The notes under the pieces are model-generated. The model ran no database searches. It had not been told where the DNA came from and worked only from the letters and a program-made list of their open reading frames with translations. A program made the position numbers and the translations under genes. Below, piece after piece: positions 29,226 through 37,080 of a stretch of 54,975 nucleotides of DNA. Location: NCBI GenBank assembly GCA_016186115.1, contig JACPMK010000002.1, positions 340,323-395,297 on the forward strand, in the 5' to 3' direction. Origin of the DNA: Candidatus Wildermuthbacteria bacterium. GTDB taxonomy: Bacteria; Patescibacteriota; Minisyncoccia; Minisyncoccales; UBA10102. The stretch's first letter is position 1, and the number at the start of each line of letters is the position of its first letter.

Positions 29226-30320
29226 TTATTCAAACCCCCGAAGCGCCATGCCTGCTGCAATTGCGTAGGCGGGCCCCATTTTTTGAAGCGTCTCTTCCAA
29301 AATCGAGGGATAAAAAATATTCCGGAATGGCTGAACCAGCTCCACCGAGGGTTGCGAACCATTTTCCGCAGCTCCTGCAATCTCTGCGAAATGCTGCTGG
29401 AAATATTCCCGCAGACCGGGGAGCAAAGACGTTCCTCCTGCGATAACCATTTTTTCAATCGGCGTGTCATCAATTTCCCTGAAATTGCGCACCACCTTTT
29501 GGGTCTCCCGCCAGATTGATTCTGCCAACGGCAGCAGCAGCTCTACTGTTCCTGCTTTGAGCTGCAATCCCTTTTCCATCTTTAACTTCTCTGCCTCTTC
29601 AAATGAAACCTGTAAAGAGCTTGCGATTCTTTCGGAAATGGTATTTCCCGCAATATCGAAACTGTGGGAAATTCGTAGCGTACCCTTGGTCACAACGCTC
29701 ACGGTTGTGCTTTGAGCTCCTATGTCCATCATAATCACTCCTCCCTGTTCTTCGCTAGATACAGAGGAACGTAAAATCCCGAAAACCTCTGCCTCCAACG
29801 CCACCAAATTGAGGTTTGCGATCTTTGCAATGGTTTGATATTGCTGAATAACATCATTGGGCACTGCGGCCATTAAGATATTGAACCACCGGTAATCACT
29901 ATCTGGCTTTTGTACTACCTGCCAATCAAGAGTCACCTCTGACAAAGGAATCGGCACATGCCGCCGCGCCTCAAAAGTTACCGCGTTCGGAAGTTCTTGG
30001 GCAGTCATCGGCGGAAGTTTGAAATTGGTAAAAAATGTAGAAAAATCAGGGATAGAAAAAATTGCCTTCTTGGCGCGCATGTGCCCCTCCTGAATAATTG
30101 CGTCGATCGCTCGCGCAACTTCTTTGCCAGACAACACCAATGTGTTACGCTCAAAAGTACGGAAAGGAGTGCCGTAGAGAACTGCGCTTTTCAGTTCGCC
30201 GTAATTTTTAAGAGTTCTTCTTTCTCCCCAACCCGACAACTCCACTACTTTCACCGCGGAGGTGCCGACATCTATTCCAAGGAAATTTTTTGGGAAGAGC
30301 TTAAATTGTTGCAATATCAT
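29226..30320 (-). CDS. pilM: PilM, actin-like ATPase of the pilus alignment complex
   Basis: 364 aa. GIDVGTSAVKVVEL and MDIGAQSTTVSV phosphate motifs; IAGGTSLLPGL. Confidence 0.85.
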   Translation of the reverse strand: MILQQFKLFPKNFLGIDVGTSAVKVVELSGWGERRTLKNYGELKSAVLYGTPFRTFERNTLVLSGKEVARAIDAIIQEGHMRAKKAIFSIPDFSTFFTNFKLPPMTAQELPNAVTFEARRHVPIPLSEVTLDWQVVQKPDSDYRWFNILMAAVPNDVIQQYQTIAKIANLNLVALEAEVFGILRSSVSSEEQGGVIMMDIGAQSTTVSVVTKGTLRISHSFDIAGNTISERIASSLQVSFEEAEKLKMEKGLQLKAGTVELLLPLAESIWRETQKVVRNFREIDDTPIEKMVIAGGTSLLPGLREYFQQHFAEIAGAAENGSQPSVELVQPFRNIFYPSILEETLQKMGPAYAIAAGMALRGFE

Positions 30321-30358
30321 TTTGTATCAAACGCCACGGCTATTACTTTCATAATAGA

Positions 30359-31048
30359 ATGAAACACAACTTTTGGGAACTGATAAAGAATATATTCCTC
30401 CCTGCATCTTGCATTGGCTGCGGCAAAATGGGAAGCGCCTTTTGCCGGGATTGCCTTGCGCTCATCTCCCTCAACAGAACCCCGGCATTATTTCCTGCGC
30501 CCTCTCATATCTCGGCGCTTTTCTTTGCAAGCTCCTATGAAAATCCACTTTTGCAAAAAGCAGTAAAAATTCTCAAGTATCCTCCCTTTAGTAAAGAAAT
30601 CGCAAAACATCTTGCTTTTCTTATTATAGCTCACCTTGCACTTGTGGACAAACCATTTCAATTCACAATCGGCAATTCTTTCAAAACCAAAGAGTGGGAC
30701 TACCTTTTTTGCCCAATTCCTTTGCACAAAAAGCGCCTCAAATGGCGCGGATTCAATCATGCCGAGGAAATCGCAAAGCATCTTGCTTTTGCTTCGAACA
30801 TACCTATGGCAACAGATATTCTTTTGAAAGTCAGGCACACCAAGCCGCAGGTGGATCTTGACGGAGAAGAAAGAAAAAGAAACGTACGCAATTGTTTTGC
30901 AACGGCACACCAAGAAAAAATTCAAGGAAAAACCATTTTCCTTGTGGACGACGTTTGCACCACGGGCGCAACCTTGGAAGAAGCCGCCCGTACATTAAAA
31001 CAAGCCGGAGCCCACAGGGTCTACGGTCTTGTTGTTGCGAGAGGATAG
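30359..31048 (+). CDS. comF: ComF-family phosphoribosyltransferase-domain protein
   Basis: 229 aa. N-terminal CxxC...CxxC. PRTase motif IFLVDDVCTTGATL. Confidence 0.8.
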   Translation: MKHNFWELIKNIFLPASCIGCGKMGSAFCRDCLALISLNRTPALFPAPSHISALFFASSYENPLLQKAVKILKYPPFSKEIAKHLAFLIIAHLALVDKPFQFTIGNSFKTKEWDYLFCPIPLHKKRLKWRGFNHAEEIAKHLAFASNIPMATDILLKVRHTKPQVDLDGEERKRNVRNCFATAHQEKIQGKTIFLVDDVCTTGATLEEAARTLKQAGAHRVYGLVVARG

Positions 31049-31051
31049 GTG

Positions 31052-31137
31052 CGGAAGCGGGAGGATTCGAACCTCCGAGGGTTATTCGCCCTGCCGGTTT
31101 TCAAAACCGGTGCATTCGTCCGCTCTGCCACGCTTCC
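31052..31137 (-). tRNA. tRNA-Ser (anticodon UGA)
   Basis: Cloverleaf folded by hand: acceptor GGAAGCG/CGCTTCC, anticodon arm CCGGT-TTTGAAA-ACCGG, long variable arm, T-loop GGTTCGAATCC. No encoded CCA. Confidence 0.85.
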
Positions 31138-31509
31138 TTACTCCCACGGATATTTCACCTCAAGCGTCTCAACTTGCTTTGGCGCAATTTTCAAGATTTT
31201 ATAGAGATATTTTCTCACTTTCTCGTAATCAAATGGTTTGCAAGAAAATATATCGATAAAGGCCTCCTGCGTATCAACAAAGGTATGAATCGAAACATGG
31301 GAAAAATCGATAATCTCAAAACCAGAAAATCCTTCGTGGCCCGTATCATAATCTTGTACAAGATTGGGGCCGGAAAGAATTTTCATATCGAGTATTGGCG
31401 GAATTTCAAGAAGCAGATTCAACACAAATTTTCCATCGCCAAGCAATTTCTTATTCACCCCAAACGCGTCGAAAATAATATGATAGGTTTTGGTATACTT
31501 CCGTTGCAT
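31138..31509 (-). CDS. S-adenosylmethionine decarboxylase-like (pyruvoyl AdoMetDC family) protein
   Basis: 123 aa. EGFSGFEIIDFSHVSIHTFVDTQEAFIDIFSC matches the ..sG...i.eSH.siHTwPe...a.iD.F.C core, but Phe replaces the Glu before the processing Ser. The stop abuts the tRNA 5' end. Confidence 0.6.
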   Translation of the reverse strand: MQRKYTKTYHIIFDAFGVNKKLLGDGKFVLNLLLEIPPILDMKILSGPNLVQDYDTGHEGFSGFEIIDFSHVSIHTFVDTQEAFIDIFSCKPFDYEKVRKYLYKILKIAPKQVETLEVKYPWE

Positions 31510-31532
31510 CTATCGCAATGAATACTGAAGCA

Positions 31533-31760
31533 TCATACGTAATGATGCTTTGCCTTTCTTGGTTTTAAATATATCTCTCTACGCTTTGCATCTCTCTTAT
31601 CTTTATATGCTTCGTAAAAAATAATTTGTAATGGTCTCCTTGATCTAGTTGATATTACCTCGCCACTCTGATGCCTTGCAAATCTTTTTCTTAAATCAGT
31701 CGTGTAGCCCGTATACAAAAGACCATCCCTTAAACTCTTTAATATATACACGTAGTACAT
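31533..31760 (-). CDS. Small GIY-YIG nuclease-family protein
   Basis: 75 aa. YVYILKS..GLLYTGYTTDLRKRFARH shows the GIY...YIG spacing with a conserved Arg. Confidence 0.75.
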   Translation of the reverse strand: MYYVYILKSLRDGLLYTGYTTDLRKRFARHQSGEVISTRSRRPLQIIFYEAYKDKRDAKRREIYLKPRKAKHHYV

Positions 31761-31831
31761 AAAATAATGTAGGGGCGAAGGCGGTGTGAATCACGCAGGG
31801 TTCACACCAGCCATGCACCCTACGTGGTGCA

Positions 31832-31921
31832 TGGCGGAGGGTGTGGGAATCGAACCCACAGACCGCTTTTAGACGGTCGCAGTTTAGCAAACTGCTGCCT
31901 TGCCATTCGGCGCAACCCTCC
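31832..31921 (-). tRNA. tRNA-Ser (anticodon GCU)
   Basis: Acceptor GGAGGGT/ACCCTCC, anticodon arm GCAGT-TTGCTAA-ACTGC, long variable arm, GGTTCGATTCC, encoded CCA. Confidence 0.85.
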
Positions 31922-31935
31922 ATAGTAACGTTTTT

Positions 31936-31964
31936 ATAATACCCTAAACGATCCATCGTTTCAA
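31936..31964 (-). promoter_or_regulatory. Promoter for tRNA-Ser(GCU)
   Basis: Minus strand: TTGAAA (31964..59), 17 nt, TATTAT (31941..36), about 14 nt before the tRNA 5' end. Confidence 0.5.
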
Positions 31965-32017
31965 TGGAGAAGCATCCTATTTGAAGAATACCGAACATCT
32001 GGAAAAATCAAGCAAAT

Positions 32018-32026
32018 TGTGATAAT
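32018..32026 (+). promoter_or_regulatory. Extended -10 element upstream of tRNA-Arg/recG
   Basis: TGtGATAAT lies 15 nt upstream of the tRNA 5' end. No clear -35. Confidence 0.35.
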
Positions 32027-32041
32027 CTTGCTATGCAGTAT

Positions 32042-32113
32042 GTCCCCATAGCTCAACGGATAGAGTGCAGCCCTGCGGAGGCTGAAATGGAGGTTCGATT
32101 CCTCCTGGGGACA
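32042..32113 (+). tRNA. tRNA-Arg (anticodon GCG)
   Basis: Acceptor GTCCCCA/TGGGGAC. D-arm TAGCTCAACGGATAGAGT resembles E. coli tRNA-Arg. Anticodon arm CAGCC-CTGCGGA-GGCTG. T-arm GGAGGTTCGATTCCTCC. Confidence 0.75.
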
Positions 32114-32127
32114 CTGAAGGAAAGCAA

Positions 32128-34257
32128 ATGAATTTTACAACGCCGCTCTCGGCCGTTCCGCGCATAGGGCCGGTCTTTCAAAAACGCTTGAAAAAATTGG
32201 GGATCACTACGGTTCGTGATCTGCTTTTTTATTTTCCCAGAACGTATGAAGACCTCTCCAAAATCACTCCGATAGCAGAGATAAAAGAAGGAACATTTTA
32301 TTGCATTGCAGGAGAAATTCTTGAAATAAGCGAGGAACGGACATTTAAAAAACGCATGCATCTCACTCATGCCATTGTCCGAGATGATACGGGAACCATA
32401 AAAGCTCTCTGGTTTAACCAACCCTATCTGCCGCAAACCCTCCGAAAGGGAGAGAGAATGTACCTTGCGGGAAGAGTAGTGCGCGACGCCAAAGGTATTT
32501 ATCTTTCCAATCCCATCTATGAAAAATTTGCTGAAGGAGAAATGAATCTTATTCACACCGGAAGAATCATCCCGGTATATCCTGAAACCAGAGGTATTTC
32601 TTCGCGATGGCTGCGTTCAATTATACGCATTATCCTGCAAGGATTAACAGAAAAAATTGAGGATGCCATTCCCGAGAAAATTACGCAAGAAGAGCGTTTT
32701 CTACCCCTGCAAACAGCGCTCAAACAAATTCATTTTCCTGATACGTTAGAAAATATCGAAAAAGCAAAAAAACGCTTTTCATTTGAAGAACTCTTCTTTA
32801 TTTCGCTTTTCGTATTAACCGAACGAAAAAAAATCGCAAGCGTGAAAGCGGTTCCCATTCCCTTTGATGAGCAACTGATGAAAAAATTCACCTCCTCGCT
32901 CCCCTTTCAACTTACGGATGCCCAGAAAAAAGCTGCATGGCATATTTTGAAGGATTTGGAAAAGCCGCGGCCCATGAACCGGCTTTTGCAAGGAGATGTG
33001 GGCTCGGGAAAAACCGTGGTCGCAACCATGGCGTCGCTTGCTGTCACCAAGAAGGGATACCAAGCAGTATTTATGGCACCAACAGAAATTCTTGCCCAGC
33101 AACATTTTAAAACCGTTGGGCAATTGCTTGCGCCGTTCAAAATTACGGCTGGCCTTTTGACGGGCAAAGCCGACCGGTTTATTTCTCCCAAACTCCCCAA
33201 TGACTACATTGAAATTTCGAGAAAAAAATTATTGGAAAAAGCGCTTAAAGGAGATATTGATATTCTCATTGGCACTCACGCCTTAATTCAAAAAGAAGTA
33301 CGATTTGGCAAATTGGCACTGGTTATTGTTGACGAACAGCATCGTTTTGGAGTAAAGCAAAGAGCGCAATTGCTTCGTCACGCCCAACTTATTCCTCATT
33401 TGCTTTCTATGACCGCAACGCCTATCCCCCGCACCTTGGCGCTCACCATTTATGGCGATCTTGATCTCACGCTTATTGACGAACTCCCCAAAGGAAGAAA
33501 AAAAATCGAAACGCGGATTATTTCTCCCCAAGAGCGGGAGCAGGCCTATCAATTTATTGCAAAAGAAGTAAAACAGGGGCATCAAGTATTTGTCATTTGC
33601 CCGCGTATAGAAAAATCCGAAATCCGAAATCCGAAATCCGAAACTCCTAACAAAAAAAATGGCTGGTCGGAGACAAAAGCGGTAAAAGAGGAATACGAAA
33701 AGCTATCCAAAGAAATATTCCCCAACCTGCGCATAGCAATGCTGCATGGAAAAATGGCGCAAAAAGAAAAGGAAGAAATTATGCGCAAATTCAAATTCGG
33801 AAAAATTGATATCCTTGTTTCAACCTCGGTGGTCGAAGTGGGGGTCGACATTCCCAATGCCAGCGTCATGATGATTGAGGGGGCTGACCGCTTTGGTTTG
33901 GCCCAACTTCACCAGTTCCGAGGCAGAGTGGGACGATCAGATCAACAATCGCATTGTTTTCTTTTTACCGAATCATCCTCGCGAACAGTTGCGGAACGAT
34001 TACGGGCGCTGGTACGTTTGGAAAGCGGGTTTGAGCTGGCCGAAAAGGATTTACATATGCGCGGCCCCGGAGATTTTAACGGGGTAAAACAATGGGGCAT
34101 ACCCGACTTTGCAATGCAGCAACTCTCAAATGTAGCACTGGTTGAAAAAGCAAGAGAAGCAGCAAAAAATATTCTCGAAAAAGATATTGCTTTGCACACT
34201 TATCCCCTGCTGAAAAAGAGAGTGGAGGAGTTACGAGAAAAATTACACCTCGAGTAA
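32128..34257 (+). CDS. recG: ATP-dependent DNA helicase RecG
   Basis: 709 aa. Wedge/OB N-terminus. Motif I GDVGSGKT, DEQHRFG, SMTATPIPRT, helicase C motifs QLHQFRGRVGRS. Confidence 0.9.
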   Translation: MNFTTPLSAVPRIGPVFQKRLKKLGITTVRDLLFYFPRTYEDLSKITPIAEIKEGTFYCIAGEILEISEERTFKKRMHLTHAIVRDDTGTIKALWFNQPYLPQTLRKGERMYLAGRVVRDAKGIYLSNPIYEKFAEGEMNLIHTGRIIPVYPETRGISSRWLRSIIRIILQGLTEKIEDAIPEKITQEERFLPLQTALKQIHFPDTLENIEKAKKRFSFEELFFISLFVLTERKKIASVKAVPIPFDEQLMKKFTSSLPFQLTDAQKKAAWHILKDLEKPRPMNRLLQGDVGSGKTVVATMASLAVTKKGYQAVFMAPTEILAQQHFKTVGQLLAPFKITAGLLTGKADRFISPKLPNDYIEISRKKLLEKALKGDIDILIGTHALIQKEVRFGKLALVIVDEQHRFGVKQRAQLLRHAQLIPHLLSMTATPIPRTLALTIYGDLDLTLIDELPKGRKKIETRIISPQEREQAYQFIAKEVKQGHQVFVICPRIEKSEIRNPKSETPNKKNGWSETKAVKEEYEKLSKEIFPNLRIAMLHGKMAQKEKEEIMRKFKFGKIDILVSTSVVEVGVDIPNASVMMIEGADRFGLAQLHQFRGRVGRSDQQSHCFLFTESSSRTVAERLRALVRLESGFELAEKDLHMRGPGDFNGVKQWGIPDFAMQQLSNVALVEKAREAAKNILEKDIALHTYPLLKKRVEELREKLHLE
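33613..33647 (+). repeat. Heptanucleotide tandem repeat inside recG (AAATCCG x4 plus AAACTCC)
   Basis: Four perfect AAATCCG units and one degenerate unit. Translates to (E)IRNPKSETP within a segment absent from E. coli RecG. Confidence 0.85.
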
Positions 34258-35796
34258 CTTCCTAAATTTTGGGGTTGACCAGAAGCCAAGATATTTTCCA
34301 AACATCAAACGAATCTGGGCCTCAATGGCCGGGATCGAAGAAAAAATCATAACGAAAGGAAGCAACAGCCATTGCAGCACAAAAAATACGATCCGCGGCA
34401 TCCCAAATTGCTTTACATTGATTGGGAACAAAAGAATGCTCAAATATACCGAACCAATAAGTCCAACAATTCCGACCCGCAAGATCCCCGTGGCAAGACG
34501 GGGAAGATTATAAGAAAGCAAACTTTGCGCAAACTCCTGTCCTCCTAAAACAAGCGGTAGCCACCCTAAAAAGAGAATGAGGATGGAAGCAGTCGCCCAC
34601 GACCAGAATCCGAAAAACACCTCCCAGCCGGGAGAAATTTTTTTTGATAATGAGATACGCTTGTTTTTAAGAAACCCAAAAAGAAAATAGGGAACATCGG
34701 CCACGCCGTATGCCCATCTTCGCTGCTGCTTATAAATATTTTTAAGGGTATCCAAAAAACGCGGGGCAACATTTGCATCCATAGAAATAGGATAATAAAG
34801 AGGAATGGTTTGGTAGTTCCCATTGTAATAAAGATAGCATTGCCAAAAGATCCGCGAATCATCGGATACCACATTGGTTTGCTTGAATCCAACATCTACC
34901 AGCGCCTGAAAATTCATCGCATGGGAAGAAAATGTTATGAGTTTTTCTGGTCGCGACTGATTCATCATATGCCAGAAAGTAGAGTTAAAGGAGAACACCC
35001 GCGAAATTGCCGGAACTTCCATAATATTGTTCAAAAAAAGAGGGACTGGCTGAAAAGAACAGTGAAGAGGATCGGGCGTCGTGAGAAAAACATGGGTAAG
35101 GCGGCCAAAATATTCGGGATACACAATGGTATCTGCGTCAAGCGAGGTCACAAGAATACGGTCATACGGGATAGAAAGTGCATCAATGATTTCTTTCTTC
35201 ACTTCTTTCACTGCCCAAGTTTCATTGGAGGCCTTGCCTGCGATTTCCCCGGCGATATTGGCGGGATGAAACGCAACGTGAAAACGGAAAAAACAATTTT
35301 CAAATTCTTTTTGCAAAAGTGAAGCGACCATTCTGCCTTCTGGCCCAGCGCGTTCTTCAATTCCCAACACCACAATCATCCGTTCTTTGGGATAATGGGC
35401 ATTCTTGAGAGAAAGTAATGTTCCTCGCAAAACATCGAGGGGCTCACGGTACGTTGGAATAAGGATCAGATGAAAGATGTCTTTCCATGCTGGCGATAGC
35501 TTTTCTAACTCTTTGACCCAATCAATTTTTTCGTTGCGGCGCATTTGGCGATAGGAATATTGGAGATGAAAAGAAAAATAGATTAGCCGCACAAACCAAT
35601 ACACAATGAACACAATAATAAAAATACTAATTCCAACCGGAAAAAGCCACGAAAAAAGAAAGGCGAGAAGAAACACTACCAAAGTAAAGCAGCCCGGAAA
35701 TATCTCGAGCAAGCGGTAAATAGTTCGATCATGAGGATTTTCAATGTCAGACGCCCGGCCAATATGAAGATAAGAGTCGGCAACAACCCTAGTCAT
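34243..35796 (-). CDS. Membrane-embedded family-2 glycosyltransferase (cellulose-synthase-like)
   Basis: 517 aa. LILIPTYREP, SLDADT, DDSRIFWQ and QQRRWAYG (QxxRW) motifs flanked by TM helices. The 3' end overlaps recG by 15 nt. Confidence 0.8.
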   Translation of the reverse strand: MTRVVADSYLHIGRASDIENPHDRTIYRLLEIFPGCFTLVVFLLAFLFSWLFPVGISIFIIVFIVYWFVRLIYFSFHLQYSYRQMRRNEKIDWVKELEKLSPAWKDIFHLILIPTYREPLDVLRGTLLSLKNAHYPKERMIVVLGIEERAGPEGRMVASLLQKEFENCFFRFHVAFHPANIAGEIAGKASNETWAVKEVKKEIIDALSIPYDRILVTSLDADTIVYPEYFGRLTHVFLTTPDPLHCSFQPVPLFLNNIMEVPAISRVFSFNSTFWHMMNQSRPEKLITFSSHAMNFQALVDVGFKQTNVVSDDSRIFWQCYLYYNGNYQTIPLYYPISMDANVAPRFLDTLKNIYKQQRRWAYGVADVPYFLFGFLKNKRISLSKKISPGWEVFFGFWSWATASILILFLGWLPLVLGGQEFAQSLLSYNLPRLATGILRVGIVGLIGSVYLSILLFPINVKQFGMPRIVFFVLQWLLLPFVMIFSSIPAIEAQIRLMFGKYLGFWSTPKFRKLLEV

Positions 35797-35844
35797 ATAA
35801 CTTATATTCTGTCATGTAAGCTCACAAATTCCAAGGGTTTGAGG

Positions 35845-35872
35845 TTGATTTTTCGCGAATTTTTGGTATACT
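35845..35872 (+). promoter_or_regulatory. Promoter for tRNA-Glu/tsaD/valS
   Basis: TTGATT (35845-50), 16 nt, TATACT (35867-72) with TGg extension, 17 nt before the tRNA. Confidence 0.5.
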
Positions 35873-35889
35873 ACACCCGATGCTCACAT

Positions 35890-35964
35890 GGTCCCGTCGT
35901 CTAGCCCGGCCTAGGACACCAGGTTTTCATCCTGACAACACGGGTTCGAATCCCGTCGGGACCG
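35890..35964 (+). tRNA. tRNA-Glu (anticodon UUC)
   Basis: GGTCCCG..GTCTAG..GGACA, anticodon loop TTTTCAT, T-arm ACGGGTTCGAATCCCGT. Closely parallels E. coli tRNA-Glu. Confidence 0.85.
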
Positions 35965-35983
35965 CTGCTTCGCCTCCACCCCC

Positions 35984-37069
35984 ATGAAAATTCTTGGCAT
36001 TGAAACATCCTGCGATGACACAGGAATTGCAATTGTTGAAGTAAGCGTCCGCCATGGGCGGACGCGTTTTAAAATTCTCTCCAATATCATCTCTTCGCAA
36101 GTCGAGATCCATAAAAAATACGGGGGAGTATATCCCATGCTTGCAAAAAGAGAGCACGAAAAAAATCTTCCCATCGTGCTCGATCAAGCGCTCCGTCAAA
36201 TGAACATCAATTCTATCCCATCGCATCAAATTGATGTTGTTGCGTGTACGCAGGGGCCGGGCCTTTCCCCTTGCCTATGGACAGGGCTCAACTTTGCAAA
36301 GAATATTGCCGAAGAATGGGATGTTCCCCTAATTCCCGTTGATCACATCGAAGCCCATTTGCTCATTGGTTTGCTTTTTCAAAATACTCAATACCAAATA
36401 CGAAATACTAAATACTTTCCTGCGGTTGCTTTGATTGTTTCTGGCGGGCACACCCAGCTCGTGCTCGTAGAAAAAATGGGCAGTTATAGAATTATTGGCG
36501 AAACAAGAGATGACGCCGCCGGAGAAGCATTCGACAAAACCGCAAGAATTTTAGGACTGGGTTTCCCCGGTGGCCCCGAGATTGCAAAAATAGCATCTCA
36601 ATACAAGATACAAAATACTAAATACAAAATACGTCTCCCTAGGCCGATGCTGCACACCAAAGATTACGATTTCAGTTTCTCGGGATTAAAAACCGCGGTG
36701 CTGTACGACTACCAATCGCGCTCGCCAAGAGAAAGAAGGTCCAAAGCATACATTCAAGCAATGGCAGCAGAAATCCAACAGGCAATTACAGATGTGCTCA
36801 TTGCAAAAACCATTCGAGCTGCTGAAGAATACCGCGCGAAAACAATAATTCTTGGCGGAGGGGTGGCAGCAAATGTAGAACTCCGCCAACAGCTTTCATA
36901 CCAAATACAAAATACTACATATAAAATACAGTTCCTCATTCCTCCTCCGCATTTGTGTACGGACAATGGCGCCATGATCGCAATCGCCGGCTATTTTAAA
37001 TTTTTGCACAAAAAATATATCGGTCCGGAAGCTGAAGTTGAAGCCAAGCCCAATTTAAGGATAGAATAA
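35984..37069 (+). CDS. tsaD: tRNA N6-adenosine threonylcarbamoyltransferase TsaD
   Basis: 361 aa. LGIETSCDDTGIAIV, GPGLSPCL, HIEAHL, VSGGHTQL, GEAFDK, FSFSGLKT, CTDNGAMIA. Confidence 0.9.
   Translation: MKILGIETSCDDTGIAIVEVSVRHGRTRFKILSNIISSQVEIHKKYGGVYPMLAKREHEKNLPIVLDQALRQMNINSIPSHQIDVVACTQGPGLSPCLWTGLNFAKNIAEEWDVPLIPVDHIEAHLLIGLLFQNTQYQIRNTKYFPAVALIVSGGHTQLVLVEKMGSYRIIGETRDDAAGEAFDKTARILGLGFPGGPEIAKIASQYKIQNTKYKIRLPRPMLHTKDYDFSFSGLKTAVLYDYQSRSPRERRSKAYIQAMAAEIQQAITDVLIAKTIRAAEEYRAKTIILGGGVAANVELRQQLSYQIQNTTYKIQFLIPPPHLCTDNGAMIAIAGYFKFLHKKYIGPEAEVEAKPNLRIE
36383..36417 (+). repeat. Heptamer block 1 in tsaD (5 x AATACNN)
   Basis: AATACTC AATACCA AATACGA AATACTA AATACTT. Encodes QNTQYQIRNTKY. 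Confidence 0.8.
36598..36632 (+). repeat. Heptamer block 2 in tsaD (5 x NNAATAC)
   Basis: TCAATAC AAGATAC AAAATAC TAAATAC AAAATAC. Encodes QYKIQNTKYKIR. Confidence 0.8.
36895..36929 (+). repeat. Heptamer block 3 in tsaD (5 units)
   Basis: TTCATAC CAAATAC AAAATAC TACATAT AAAATAC. Encodes SYQIQNTTYKIQ. Confidence 0.75.
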
Positions 37070-37080
37070 GGATATACCAC

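Noticed and set aside
30892-31521. 209-aa plus-strand ORF
   Set aside because: It reads across tRNA-Ser(UGA) antisense and the opposite strand of the AdoMetDC-like gene, and has no recognisable motif.
32053-32556. 167-aa minus-strand ORF
   Set aside because: It overlaps tRNA-Arg and the well-supported recG N-terminus on the opposite strand.
35911-36229. Two minus-strand ORFs (87 and 100 aa)
   Set aside because: They run antisense through tRNA-Glu and the tsaD start, so they are spurious.
33613-36929. Whether the short direct repeats could be a CRISPR array
   Set aside because: The units are 7 nt in perfect tandem without spacers and sit inside conserved coding genes. No 25-40-nt repeat/spacer periodicity occurs anywhere in the window, and there are no cas genes.
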